This document shows positions 34,513-42,706 of a DNA stretch of 64,000 nt, in pieces. Origin of the DNA: an uncultured Eubacteriales bacterium (GTDB lineage Bacteria; Bacillota; Clostridia; Peptostreptococcales; Anaerovoracaceae); NCBI GenBank assembly GCA_900315555.1, contig OMZN01000018.1, forward strand, positions 24,467 to 88,466, in the 5' to 3' direction. The translations under genes were made by a program, and so were the position numbers. Each line of letters opens with the position of its first letter. Position 1 is the stretch's first letter. Below the pieces are notes generated by a model that saw only the letters and a list, made by a program, of their open reading frames with translations, was not told the DNA's origin and did not search any database.

Positions 34513-36843
34513 ATGAAGCTAGGCAAAAGAAAAGTCGGATTGGTAAGACAGGCAGGTTTTCTTGTGATTCTGCTGCTTGCTTTTGTGGTGGTTTTTTTGC
34601 CGTTTTTCGGGCTGGCTGCGCCGGCGCATGCGGACACTGCATCCTCAGATGTTGTCACAAAGCAGGTTGCGCCGAACGGTGATGGCACCTATTCGCTTAC
34701 GTTGTCAGCAACCGGCAGATCTTCCTCTGACACGTCAACGACGGCGGCATCCGCCGATATCGTGCTGGTCATCGACCGGTCGGGAAGCATGGATGAATAT
34801 TGCAGGTATCAGAAGATGTCGCCTGCGCCGACGATGGATCAGACCATAGTCTATGGGTACGTTCGCCGCGGAGGGATTTTCGGGAGTTGGAGTTATACGC
34901 GGCTTTATTACGATACGTCAGAGCAGATATGGTATTACTATCTGTCTGGCAGCCGGTATAGATATAGCAGCAACGCCTTCTATAGCCGGGGGTCGGGCGG
35001 CTATCAGAGAATGGCGGCAGCGCCGGCGATGGATCAGCGCAGGATTTTCGGCATGGTTAATGGGGAATATGTCCAGCTGTATTATGATACGCGGGTGATG
35101 CGCTGGTACTATGCAAGCGGCCAGACTACGAACTGGTATGACGGCAGCGACTTCTATGAGGGTGCTGCTACACGCATGGAAACAGCTCAATCCAGCGCCA
35201 AGTCCCTGGTAGACAGCCTGACAGGCATTGGGGATAAAGTCCGGGTCTCTGTCGTCAGTTTCTCCGATACAGCCTCCATCGATCAGGGATTGACGTCCGA
35301 TGACACTGCCCTGAAGGAAGCGATCAGCGGTATCACGCCCAAAGGCGGCACCAACTGGGAGGATGGCCTTGCCAAGGCGCAGGACGCCCTGTCGGGCAGC
35401 ACGGCGGAGAATAAATATGTGATCTTTCTTTCTGACGGCAACCCGACATTCCGTAATACAGCACTGACGGATTATCCACCGTACGATGTTCCCGATGATG
35501 ACATCAACCGGACTTACTATAATCAATATGGAATATACGGAACAGGAAATTCTGATAACTACGGGCGGAATTTTGACGCCGCCAATACGGCGGCACAGGC
35601 TCTGCGGCGTTCCGGCGTCAAGCTGTATACCAGTAACGTCTTCGGAGAGGCCAGCAAAATGTCGGATCTTTCCAACGACGGCAGCTATCATGTTGCGGAT
35701 GAGTCAGAACTTCATAAAGCGCTGGATAAGATTTTCCGGCAAATCGTGAACAGTATGGCGGTTCGAAACATTACAGTGCATGACAAGCTGACAAGCCTGA
35801 CGGACAGCAGCGTGACGAAGACGGTCAAGGGCCTTGCCAATGCCGGCAGCGATGAGGCGTTTGTGTATAAGGCGACTGACAGCAGCGGCAGGGATGTAAC
35901 CGGCAGCTATGCGATTCCGAAGGCGGCGATCAATGCGCAGAAAGAGATCAGCTGGACGCCGGGCGATGTGCCCCTTGATGTAACGTATTCTGTCAGCTGT
36001 ATCATCTGGCCGAGCACAAAAGCCTATGCGCAGGTGGCGAAGAAGATGAACGGCGAAGATGTCGGACTGGATGCGAATATTTCCGGTAACAATACAGATG
36101 GCTATAAGCTGGCGACGAATGAAGAATCACAGGCAGCCTATGATGAGATCCACACTACAACGCAGCCGCAGCCGACGGATGGCATTCCTGACCTTGTGAA
36201 GAGCGGTGATGATTACAGCTACCATGGGGTTACGTTCACCAGAGAAAGTGATACGAGCTATGCGGCATCGGATGGTTCCACGCTGAAGCGGGGGACAGAC
36301 GGTCAATGGACGCTTTGTCTGAAGAAAGAACAGAACCCGCTCGGTCAAGGCGAGATGGACATCACACCGGCGAAGGTGAACATTACGAAAACCTGGAAGA
36401 ACGACGGCACCCGGCCGGACAGCATCACTGTGCAGGCTTCCGCCGACGATGCGGAGGAGGATGGCTTGTTTTCCACCAGTCTCACAGGCAGTGCGGATGA
36501 AAATACGTGGCAAGGTACGCTTTATGTTGCGCCCGGTTTGACATCCACGAAGCTTGTGGACGGCAGCTCTGTCGATCTGAATCAAGCGGCAGAGTACAGG
36601 ATCGAGGAGACCGGTATGGATGCCAGTGAATACCAGGTATCCTATACAGGAGATACATGCATTACCCCGGCTGTAACAAACGGTACGGTAAACGGTCCGT
36701 TCCAGGTGGGCATCACCAATACGAAGATCGTTCGGACGGGTCTTGCGGCCGATAGCAGCAGACTGTTTGCAACGGTTATTGGCATCGCTGCGGCGGCACT
36801 TAGTATCCTTTTGGTGATGAAGCGCCGGTTTGCCAGAAGATAG
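34513..36843 (+). CDS. pilus tip adhesin candidate: VWA-domain, Cna-B-like, sortase-anchored surface protein
   Basis: Signal peptide (LVILLLAFVVVFLPFFGLAAPAHA). MIDAS DIVLVIDRSGSM, GGTNWEDGL and FLSDGNPT. C-terminal Cna-B-like ITKTWKNDGTRPDSITV. The sorting signal is IVRTG + TM + KRRFARR. Confidence 0.8.
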   Translation: MKLGKRKVGLVRQAGFLVILLLAFVVVFLPFFGLAAPAHADTASSDVVTKQVAPNGDGTYSLTLSATGRSSSDTSTTAASADIVLVIDRSGSMDEYCRYQKMSPAPTMDQTIVYGYVRRGGIFGSWSYTRLYYDTSEQIWYYYLSGSRYRYSSNAFYSRGSGGYQRMAAAPAMDQRRIFGMVNGEYVQLYYDTRVMRWYYASGQTTNWYDGSDFYEGAATRMETAQSSAKSLVDSLTGIGDKVRVSVVSFSDTASIDQGLTSDDTALKEAISGITPKGGTNWEDGLAKAQDALSGSTAENKYVIFLSDGNPTFRNTALTDYPPYDVPDDDINRTYYNQYGIYGTGNSDNYGRNFDAANTAAQALRRSGVKLYTSNVFGEASKMSDLSNDGSYHVADESELHKALDKIFRQIVNSMAVRNITVHDKLTSLTDSSVTKTVKGLANAGSDEAFVYKATDSSGRDVTGSYAIPKAAINAQKEISWTPGDVPLDVTYSVSCIIWPSTKAYAQVAKKMNGEDVGLDANISGNNTDGYKLATNEESQAAYDEIHTTTQPQPTDGIPDLVKSGDDYSYHGVTFTRESDTSYAASDGSTLKRGTDGQWTLCLKKEQNPLGQGEMDITPAKVNITKTWKNDGTRPDSITVQASADDAEEDGLFSTSLTGSADENTWQGTLYVAPGLTSTKLVDGSSVDLNQAAEYRIEETGMDASEYQVSYTGDTCITPAVTNGTVNGPFQVGITNTKIVRTGLAADSSRLFATVIGIAAAALSILLVMKRRFARR

Positions 36844-36849
36844 GGATCT

Positions 36850-37401
36850 ATGGAAGAGCAGAATGGGAGAAAGAACAGGAAAAAGAAGGGCAGAGAGAAA
36901 ACGCAGCCATCGCTGCTGAGTGATCTGCTGTTCCTTCTGCTGAAGGTCGGCGTCATCGTACTGATTGTCATCGTGGTCTTCACCTTCTTCTTTGGAATGG
37001 CAAGGGTGCGGGACAATGCTATGGATCCATCCCTAAAAGACGGCGACCTGGTGATTTACTACCGGCTGGATAAGGAGTACCTGGCGAATGACCTTGTGAT
37101 CGTCCGCAAGGGTGATGACGAGCAGGTGCGGCGGGTTGTCGGCATTGCCGGCGACAGAATTGACATCAACCGGGACAATGGACTGGAGATCAATGGATAT
37201 CCCCAGCAGGAGGAGAATGTATATTCAGAAACACTGCCGGTGGTCGGGAAGACAGCCTTCCCGGTTACGGTGGCAACGGGACAGATTTTCGTGCTCGGAG
37301 ACAACAGGAAATACGCGCTGGACAGCCGGACCTACGGCTGCGTCAATCTCAGCGATACCCGAGGCAAGGTCATTGTTGTGATCCGCCGACGGAATCTCTA
37401 G
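36850..37401 (+). CDS. signal peptidase I (S26) homologue lacking catalytic Ser/Lys; SipA/LepA-like pilus assembly factor candidate
   Basis: One N-terminal TM segment. Box B reads DNAMDPSL (Ala where the Ser nucleophile is expected). Box D reads VRRVVGIAGD (Arg where the general-base Lys is expected). Box E GDNRKYALDSR is retained. Confidence 0.75.
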   Translation: MEEQNGRKNRKKKGREKTQPSLLSDLLFLLLKVGVIVLIVIVVFTFFFGMARVRDNAMDPSLKDGDLVIYYRLDKEYLANDLVIVRKGDDEQVRRVVGIAGDRIDINRDNGLEINGYPQQEENVYSETLPVVGKTAFPVTVATGQIFVLGDNRKYALDSRTYGCVNLSDTRGKVIVVIRRRNL

Positions 37402-37460
37402 ACTTCGGGTTTAATAATAGATTTTGACAGTTATTGGTGTTTAAAGCAAGGGAGTTAAAG

Positions 37461-38507
37461 ATGAGAAAGATACTTAGAGGCGGTGCTGCTGCACTCGCTG
37501 CAGTAGTGGTTTTCACGATGAGCATGCTGCTCATCCCTTCTAATGCGTCTGCTGCAGCCGATATGGCAGATCCATCAGTCCACAAGATTGTCAAGGTGGC
37601 GGAAGGCCTGACGATTCCGGATACAACGTTCACCTTCACAGCAACCCAGTATGATGAGGACACAGAGGAAGACGGCTATCAGAACCCGGATGGAACGACG
37701 GCGCCGGCGCATGTCGCATTGGATAATGTCACGGTGAACTTCAATGGGGAAACGTCGGAGTCGACGCTGGAAAAAACGGTGCAGTTCGATCTTTCCGGGA
37801 TCACGGCGCCCGGCGAATACACTTACGAAGTTGCCGAGACGGATGGCGGCGCAGATCACTGGACATATGACACGCAGACCTATTACATGCAGGTTCTTGT
37901 AAGGAATGACGGCACCAAGACGTATACCATCACCAAGACAAAAGGCGATACAGCCGCCAAGGAAGGCAGCTTCCACTTCACGAACGAATACAAAAAGTAT
38001 GCCAGCCTGACGGTGAAAAAGACGGTTGTGAATCCGGAATATGAAGAGAACGGAAAGTATTCTTTCACAATTACCTTTGCCGATGGTAAGGATGCGGACA
38101 AGATCTCAGAACTTGACCTGAGTGCGAATAACCCCGAACTGACCAAAACCGACCAGCTGACGTACACCTTTACACTGGCGAATGACGAGGAGCTGACAAT
38201 TAACGGCATTCCGGCCGGCACTAAATACATGATTTCTGAAGCGAAGCCGGAAAGCAAGAACTATGTTTCCACAAAGATTGAGCAGACCGTGAATGGTTCG
38301 GACTCGAAGATTACGACATCGGAGCTTAGGACCATCAACGCACAGGTGATCGGCGAACAGGAAAATACGGCGGTCTATGAAAATACCTACAGGCAGGTCA
38401 GTCCGACCGGTATCATCATGAATATTGCACCGTACATTGCGATGATCGCCATTGCCGCCGGTCTTGTCGCACTGTATCTTATTTCCCGCAGAAGAAGAAA
38501 CGCGTAG
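37461..38507 (+). CDS. backbone (major) pilin candidate
   Basis: GGGAG RBS and signal peptide AALAAVVVFTMSMLLIPSNASA. Thr/Lys-rich beta-type sequence (YTYEVAETDGG, FTNEYKK, LTVKKTVV). The sorting signal is VSPTG + TM + RRRRNA. Confidence 0.7.
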   Translation: MRKILRGGAAALAAVVVFTMSMLLIPSNASAAADMADPSVHKIVKVAEGLTIPDTTFTFTATQYDEDTEEDGYQNPDGTTAPAHVALDNVTVNFNGETSESTLEKTVQFDLSGITAPGEYTYEVAETDGGADHWTYDTQTYYMQVLVRNDGTKTYTITKTKGDTAAKEGSFHFTNEYKKYASLTVKKTVVNPEYEENGKYSFTITFADGKDADKISELDLSANNPELTKTDQLTYTFTLANDEELTINGIPAGTKYMISEAKPESKNYVSTKIEQTVNGSDSKITTSELRTINAQVIGEQENTAVYENTYRQVSPTGIIMNIAPYIAMIAIAAGLVALYLISRRRRNA

Positions 38508-38523
38508 ATAAGCAGACAAGCGC

Positions 38524-39513
38524 ATGATGCGTACGATGCAAAACAAGGAAGCAAAAAAATCTGCATCCACAGATCCGCACGCCCTGCCGGTGCGTCTGGC
38601 AAGGCGTGTGATTCGTTTTATCGATCAGCTTACGGACTGGTTCCTGCTCTGCCTGCTGCTGTTGATGATCGCTTTCGGCATCTACAGCCTCTGGGATACC
38701 CATCAGGTCTATCAGGCGGCCTCTCCGACGGTGCTTGCTACCTATAAGCCGGACACAAGGCCGTATCTGTCTTTTCAGAAGCTGCACAGGATGAATCCGG
38801 AGGTGATCGGATGGGTGCAGGTCTACGGGACGAAAATTGATTATCCGGTTGCACAGGCTGATGATAACGACAAGTATCTGAACACCGATGCGAAAGGCAC
38901 ATTCTCGCTTTCCGGCTGTCCGTTTCTGGACAGCGCCAACGCAGCGGATTTTTCTGATCCGAACAGCATCATCTACGGCCATCACATGGAAAAACATATG
39001 ATGTTCGGTGATCTGGATCGATTCAGGAAGAAGAAGGTTTTTGCATCGCACAGATACGGTGATCTCTATTTTGGCGGCCGGCATTATGGTCTTGTGATCT
39101 TTGCCTTCATTGAGGGAGATGCCTATGATGCCAGGATCTACAACACGGAGGTTCGTGCTGCCGAGCTCAGGCAGTATGGCAGTATGCTCATGCAGGACGC
39201 AAAGTATACGCGCGCGGTGCATCTTGCGGCACAGGATCATATCGTGCTTCTGTCAACCTGTGCGAGCGGACTTACAAACAAGCGATACATCGTTGCCGCC
39301 AAAAGGACAAAACAGACCTATAAGGATACTTTCGGAACGGCGCAGACGGGGAAAGAAGGAAAACCGTTCTGGCTCACGCTGCCATGGTGGTGGTATCTGC
39401 TTATGCTGGCTGCCATACTGCTGTTTATTATCTGGCGGCTTCTGCGGCGTCGTAGAAAGAAGGCTGGTGGTGATCAAAACATGGCAGACAATGAGGGGAA
39501 AGGAGGTGTATAA
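38524..39513 (+). CDS. sortase, class-B-like catalytic domain with N- and C-terminal TM segments
   Basis: NPEVIGWVQVYGTKIDYPVAQADDNDKYL, IIYGHHM (His), LLSTCAS (Cys), RYIVAAKR (Arg), and a C-terminal TM + RRRRKK. Confidence 0.8.
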   Translation: MMRTMQNKEAKKSASTDPHALPVRLARRVIRFIDQLTDWFLLCLLLLMIAFGIYSLWDTHQVYQAASPTVLATYKPDTRPYLSFQKLHRMNPEVIGWVQVYGTKIDYPVAQADDNDKYLNTDAKGTFSLSGCPFLDSANAADFSDPNSIIYGHHMEKHMMFGDLDRFRKKKVFASHRYGDLYFGGRHYGLVIFAFIEGDAYDARIYNTEVRAAELRQYGSMLMQDAKYTRAVHLAAQDHIVLLSTCASGLTNKRYIVAAKRTKQTYKDTFGTAQTGKEGKPFWLTLPWWWYLLMLAAILLFIIWRLLRRRRKKAGGDQNMADNEGKGGV

Positions 39514-39514
39514 G

Positions 39515-40192
39515 ATGAAGGATCCGACACAGGCGGTCTGGGCGGCGGCTGCTCGGGCAGCGGTCATTGCATTGATGGCGGCGGTACTGATGATGGCGTT
39601 TATCCAGCCGGCAGAGGCAGCTGTCTCGAACAAAACGCTCAGAATTCGCCAGACCTACAATGTCATCGGCGAGGCACCGAAAGATCTCGATCAAAAGGGA
39701 ACGTATGTGCTGACGGCCAGGGGCAATGCACCGATGCCGCAAGGTGCCGGCGTAGGATCGCTGACATTTCAGATGACGGGCGATCAGGAGAAGGTCTTTC
39801 ATCTATACACCGGATCTTTTTCTGGAAATGCATCATCGATTGTCTATCCTTGCGCCGGGGTGTATGAATATCGTGTTGCTTTCTCGAGCAAGGCGAAAAG
39901 CAGGCGGTATGCTCTTGACACGACCAGGTATTTGATTCGCATTTACGTGAAGAATATGCCGGATGGCAGTCTTCAGGTTGAGCGGGTTGCCTGTATCGAT
40001 GAGAATCATCAGAAAGCGGATGAGGCGGTGTATCATCATACATACCAAGGAAAGGCACCACGCCCTAATCCTTCCATACTGCCGAAAACAGGGGATACTG
40101 CCATGATGGTGCTATGGGCAGCTGCCTTTTGTGTATCGCTGCTGCTTCTGATCCTTTCGCTTCTCAGGCGACGTGCGGATCGAAAAGTGTAA
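39515..40192 (+). CDS. base (minor) pilin candidate with canonical LPKTG signal
   Basis: AGGAGG 8 nt before the ATG at 39515, which is 1 nt after the sortase stop. Signal peptide AVIALMAAVLMMAFIQPAEA. Pro-rich APRPNPSI lies directly before LPKTG + TM + RRRADRK. Confidence 0.7.
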   Translation: MKDPTQAVWAAAARAAVIALMAAVLMMAFIQPAEAAVSNKTLRIRQTYNVIGEAPKDLDQKGTYVLTARGNAPMPQGAGVGSLTFQMTGDQEKVFHLYTGSFSGNASSIVYPCAGVYEYRVAFSSKAKSRRYALDTTRYLIRIYVKNMPDGSLQVERVACIDENHQKADEAVYHHTYQGKAPRPNPSILPKTGDTAMMVLWAAAFCVSLLLLILSLLRRRADRKV

Positions 40193-40312
40193 AAAAATGC
40201 GTGATTTGGATAAGAACAAATAGTTGACAAGGTATGTGAAGATTGATAAGATATTCTTTGTAAAACATTGATTAATTTGCTTTCTTTCTTATTCACATTT
40301 CATATACCAAAG

Positions 40313-40349
40313 AGTTGTTTGGTTATTGCCAAACAGCTTTTTGGTTTTT
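40313..40349 (+). terminator. intrinsic terminator downstream of pilus operon
   Basis: 10-bp stem AGTTGTTTGG / CCAAACAGCT (one G-U pair), 6-nt loop, then TTTTGGTTTTT. Confidence 0.6.
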
Positions 40350-40350
40350 G

Positions 40351-41010
40351 TTAAAAACCTGCTTCCTGCATGATACGTACGCTGGCACTGGCGCCAATAC
40401 GGTTGGCACCGGCACGGATCATCGCCTGGGCCGCCGCAAGATCGCGGATGCCGCCGCTGGCCTTGACCTGAGCCGATCCGGCCACACATTCGTGCATCAG
40501 TTCCACCGCATGTACGGTGGCACCTCCACCGGAAAATCCCGTGCTGGTCTTGACGAAGTCGGCACCGGCCGCAACGGCCAGCCGGCAGGCAACACGGATC
40601 TCATCATCTGTCAGCAGATGGGATTCGATGATGACTTTCAGGGCAGCGTCGTGTTCATAGCATACGGCAGCCACCTGGGCAATGTCATCCCTGACGTATT
40701 CCTTGCGGTTATCTTTTAAGGCGCCCAGCGCCATGACCATGTCGATCTCGTCGGCACCGGCTTCACAGGCAAGGGCGGCTTCTTCGGCCTTAGCTGCAGA
40801 AAGGGAGGCGCCCAGAGGGAAGCCGACAACAGATGTCACGCCTACCGGGCAGTCGGCAAGATGCTCTGCAGCAAGGGCAGCATAGCTCGAGTTGACGCAG
40901 ACAGAATAGAAGTCGTACCGTATGGCCTCTTTGCAGAGGCGAATAATCTGGGCTTCCGTTGCCAGCGGAGATAAAAGCGTATGATCGAAATACTTGTTCA
41001 GTGGTTTCAT
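40351..41010 (-). CDS. deoC: deoxyribose-phosphate aldolase
   Basis: The Schiff-base lysine context FVKTSTGF and VKASGGIR are typical DeoC motifs. Confidence 0.92.
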   Translation of the reverse strand: MKPLNKYFDHTLLSPLATEAQIIRLCKEAIRYDFYSVCVNSSYAALAAEHLADCPVGVTSVVGFPLGASLSAAKAEEAALACEAGADEIDMVMALGALKDNRKEYVRDDIAQVAAVCYEHDAALKVIIESHLLTDDEIRVACRLAVAAGADFVKTSTGFSGGGATVHAVELMHECVAGSAQVKASGGIRDLAAAQAMIRAGANRIGASASVRIMQEAGF

Positions 41011-41144
41011 AGTATACCTCCAGATTCTGTATTCATTAAGATGGTTCGTCAGCGTATCGCCGGTTCAATGATACCGGTTCTATGTCACCGGCCCTGCTTC
41101 ATGGCAGGCATTGCCTGCTGCCGGGCGCTGCCTGCAGCAGGTGA

Positions 41145-41471
41145 TCAGAACACCACCTGCACGAGCACCATGTAGCATACCGTTCCGCAGACAATGCTGA
41201 GGAGCGAGATCCGCTTCCATATCTGGAGCAGCGCAGTGAGTGCGATGGCGATGGCCTCCGGTGCGCCGTGAGGATAGACGGTGAGGGTGGTCGTGCGCAG
41301 GCAGTAAACAAGGAGCATGCCCATGATGGCATAGGGAAGGACGCCGCCGAGGTAGGTGATATACTTTGGCGTGGTGTGCCTCCCTAAAAGCAGGTAGGGA
41401 AGGAAGCGCAGACCGAACGATACAGCGGCAATAACGGCGACAATGCCGAGTGCATGTGTCTGTGAAATCAT
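41145..41471 (-). CDS. azlD: branched-chain amino acid transporter AzlD
   Basis: Hydrophobic 108-aa protein whose start overlaps the azlC stop by 4 nt. Confidence 0.75.
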   Translation of the reverse strand: MISQTHALGIVAVIAAVSFGLRFLPYLLLGRHTTPKYITYLGGVLPYAIMGMLLVYCLRTTTLTVYPHGAPEAIAIALTALLQIWKRISLLSIVCGTVCYMVLVQVVF

Positions 41472-42244
41472 GTCCGCTCCTCCTTTCTCTCTGATGTACT
41501 CTCCAGATGCACCGATTCCTCAGTTCCTTCTTCCTTCATCGTTTCTACGGAAGGTTCGCCATGGCGCCGGCGCAGGATCGGCCGGATCAGCGTCAGAAGA
41601 AGGGTGATGAAGATCATGGTGGGAATCAGAAAGCGATCAGCGCCAAAGAGGATGAGACAGACCACGGAAATGACCACGCCGATAACGGCAGGAAGGTGTT
41701 CGCGGCTTTCCCGCCACTGATCGACAAAGATGGTAACAAACAACGCGGTCATGACGAATTCCACACCAGTGGAGTCAATTGTCATGGCGGCGCCGATCAG
41801 GACGCCGAGAATGCAGCCGATGACCCAGTAGAGCTGGTCAAAAAGCGTGATCAGAAAATCGAAGGTGTGGCGGCTGACGCTTTTGGGCGGTGTACTGGAG
41901 CAAAGCAGGGCGTATGTCTCGTCGGTCAATCCGAAGATCATGTAATATTTTCGCATGCCGGCCGTCTTGAAGCGGTCAATGGTGGCAACACCGTAGAACA
42001 TGTACCGGGCATTGACCATCAGGGTGACAACGGCCGTCGTGATGAGGGAAGCGCCGCTGGTGAGAAGATCCACACCAACATACTGCATGGTGCCTGAATA
42101 GATGGAGAGTGCCATCAGCACGGCCCATCCTACGTGGTATCCTGCCTTTTCAAGGAGAATGCCGAAGCCGATCCCCAGGACGATGTAGCCTGTCAGAATA
42201 GGCAGGGTTTTCAAAATAACGGTTTTGAAGAGTTCTTTGCTCAT
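41468..42244 (-). CDS. azlC: AzlC family branched-chain amino acid exporter permease
   Basis: Polytopic membrane protein with AzlC-like GFGILL...GTMQY..V segments, paired with azlD. Confidence 0.75.
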   Translation of the reverse strand: MSKELFKTVILKTLPILTGYIVLGIGFGILLEKAGYHVGWAVLMALSIYSGTMQYVGVDLLTSGASLITTAVVTLMVNARYMFYGVATIDRFKTAGMRKYYMIFGLTDETYALLCSSTPPKSVSRHTFDFLITLFDQLYWVIGCILGVLIGAAMTIDSTGVEFVMTALFVTIFVDQWRESREHLPAVIGVVISVVCLILFGADRFLIPTMIFITLLLTLIRPILRRRHGEPSVETMKEEGTEESVHLESTSERKEERT

Positions 42245-42351
42245 TTTCTCTGTTCATTGAAAAATCACCGCGCGCTGCCATGAAAACTATCGTGCGCGGA
42301 ATGGATGTGCGCATGCCTTGTCGAAAGGGCGGCACGACTTAACGGTTCGTA

Positions 42352-42380
42352 TTACATGATAGCATATTCTATGGTATAAT
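42352..42380 (+). promoter_or_regulatory. extended -10 promoter
   Basis: TTACAT (42352-42357), 17-nt spacer ending in TG, then TATAAT (42375-42380), i.e. TGgTATAAT. Confidence 0.65.
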
Positions 42381-42415
42381 AAGCAGGAAATTTGTACAGC
42401 AGGGAGTCATCGTTT

Positions 42416-42649
42416 ATGAACAAATCACAATTGCTGAATCACATCATTATGATCCTGGTCGTGATCATTCTGGCAGCCACCGGGTTTCTGGTCGTTCGCT
42501 CTATCGTGCTCACCGGCGTCCATATCTTTGACATCATCCGCTATCTTCTGATCGGCGGCGGTGCCGTATTCGTGCTGGTCTTCTGGGTGGCCGCTCTCAA
42601 GGGAATCCATGACAAGCGAAAAGAAGACAGGGACAATGACGATTATTGA
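42416..42649 (+). CDS. small two-TM membrane protein, hypothetical
   Basis: 77 aa with two hydrophobic helices. AGGGAG RBS and a strong promoter upstream. Confidence 0.5.
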   Translation: MNKSQLLNHIIMILVVIILAATGFLVVRSIVLTGVHIFDIIRYLLIGGGAVFVLVFWVAALKGIHDKRKEDRDNDDY

Positions 42650-42706
42650 TTGGCATCTCTTCGGGGGTCGGCGAAACATTTCCCGGGAAGACGGACAGGG
42701 CTGCAA

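Noticed and set aside
34592-34598. T7 homopolymer inside the signal-peptide coding region of the tip adhesin, as a slipped-strand phase-variation switch.
   Set aside because: Seven T is short for efficient slippage, and the tract simply encodes Val-Phe-Leu of a hydrophobic signal peptide. A single sequence gives no evidence of length variation.
39101-39514. 138-codon N-terminal extension of the base-pilin ORF (the track ORF is 363 aa).
   Set aside because: The extension lies entirely inside the sortase gene in another frame. The ATG at 39515 has a perfect AGGAGG at the right distance and is followed directly by a signal peptide.
28051-40350. Whether the lectin gene and pilus operon form a mobile genomic island.
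   Set aside because: I saw no integrase, transposase, tRNA attachment site or flanking direct repeats. The two modules are separated by the core gene nifJ. Acquisition remains possible, but this window gives no support for a mobile element.
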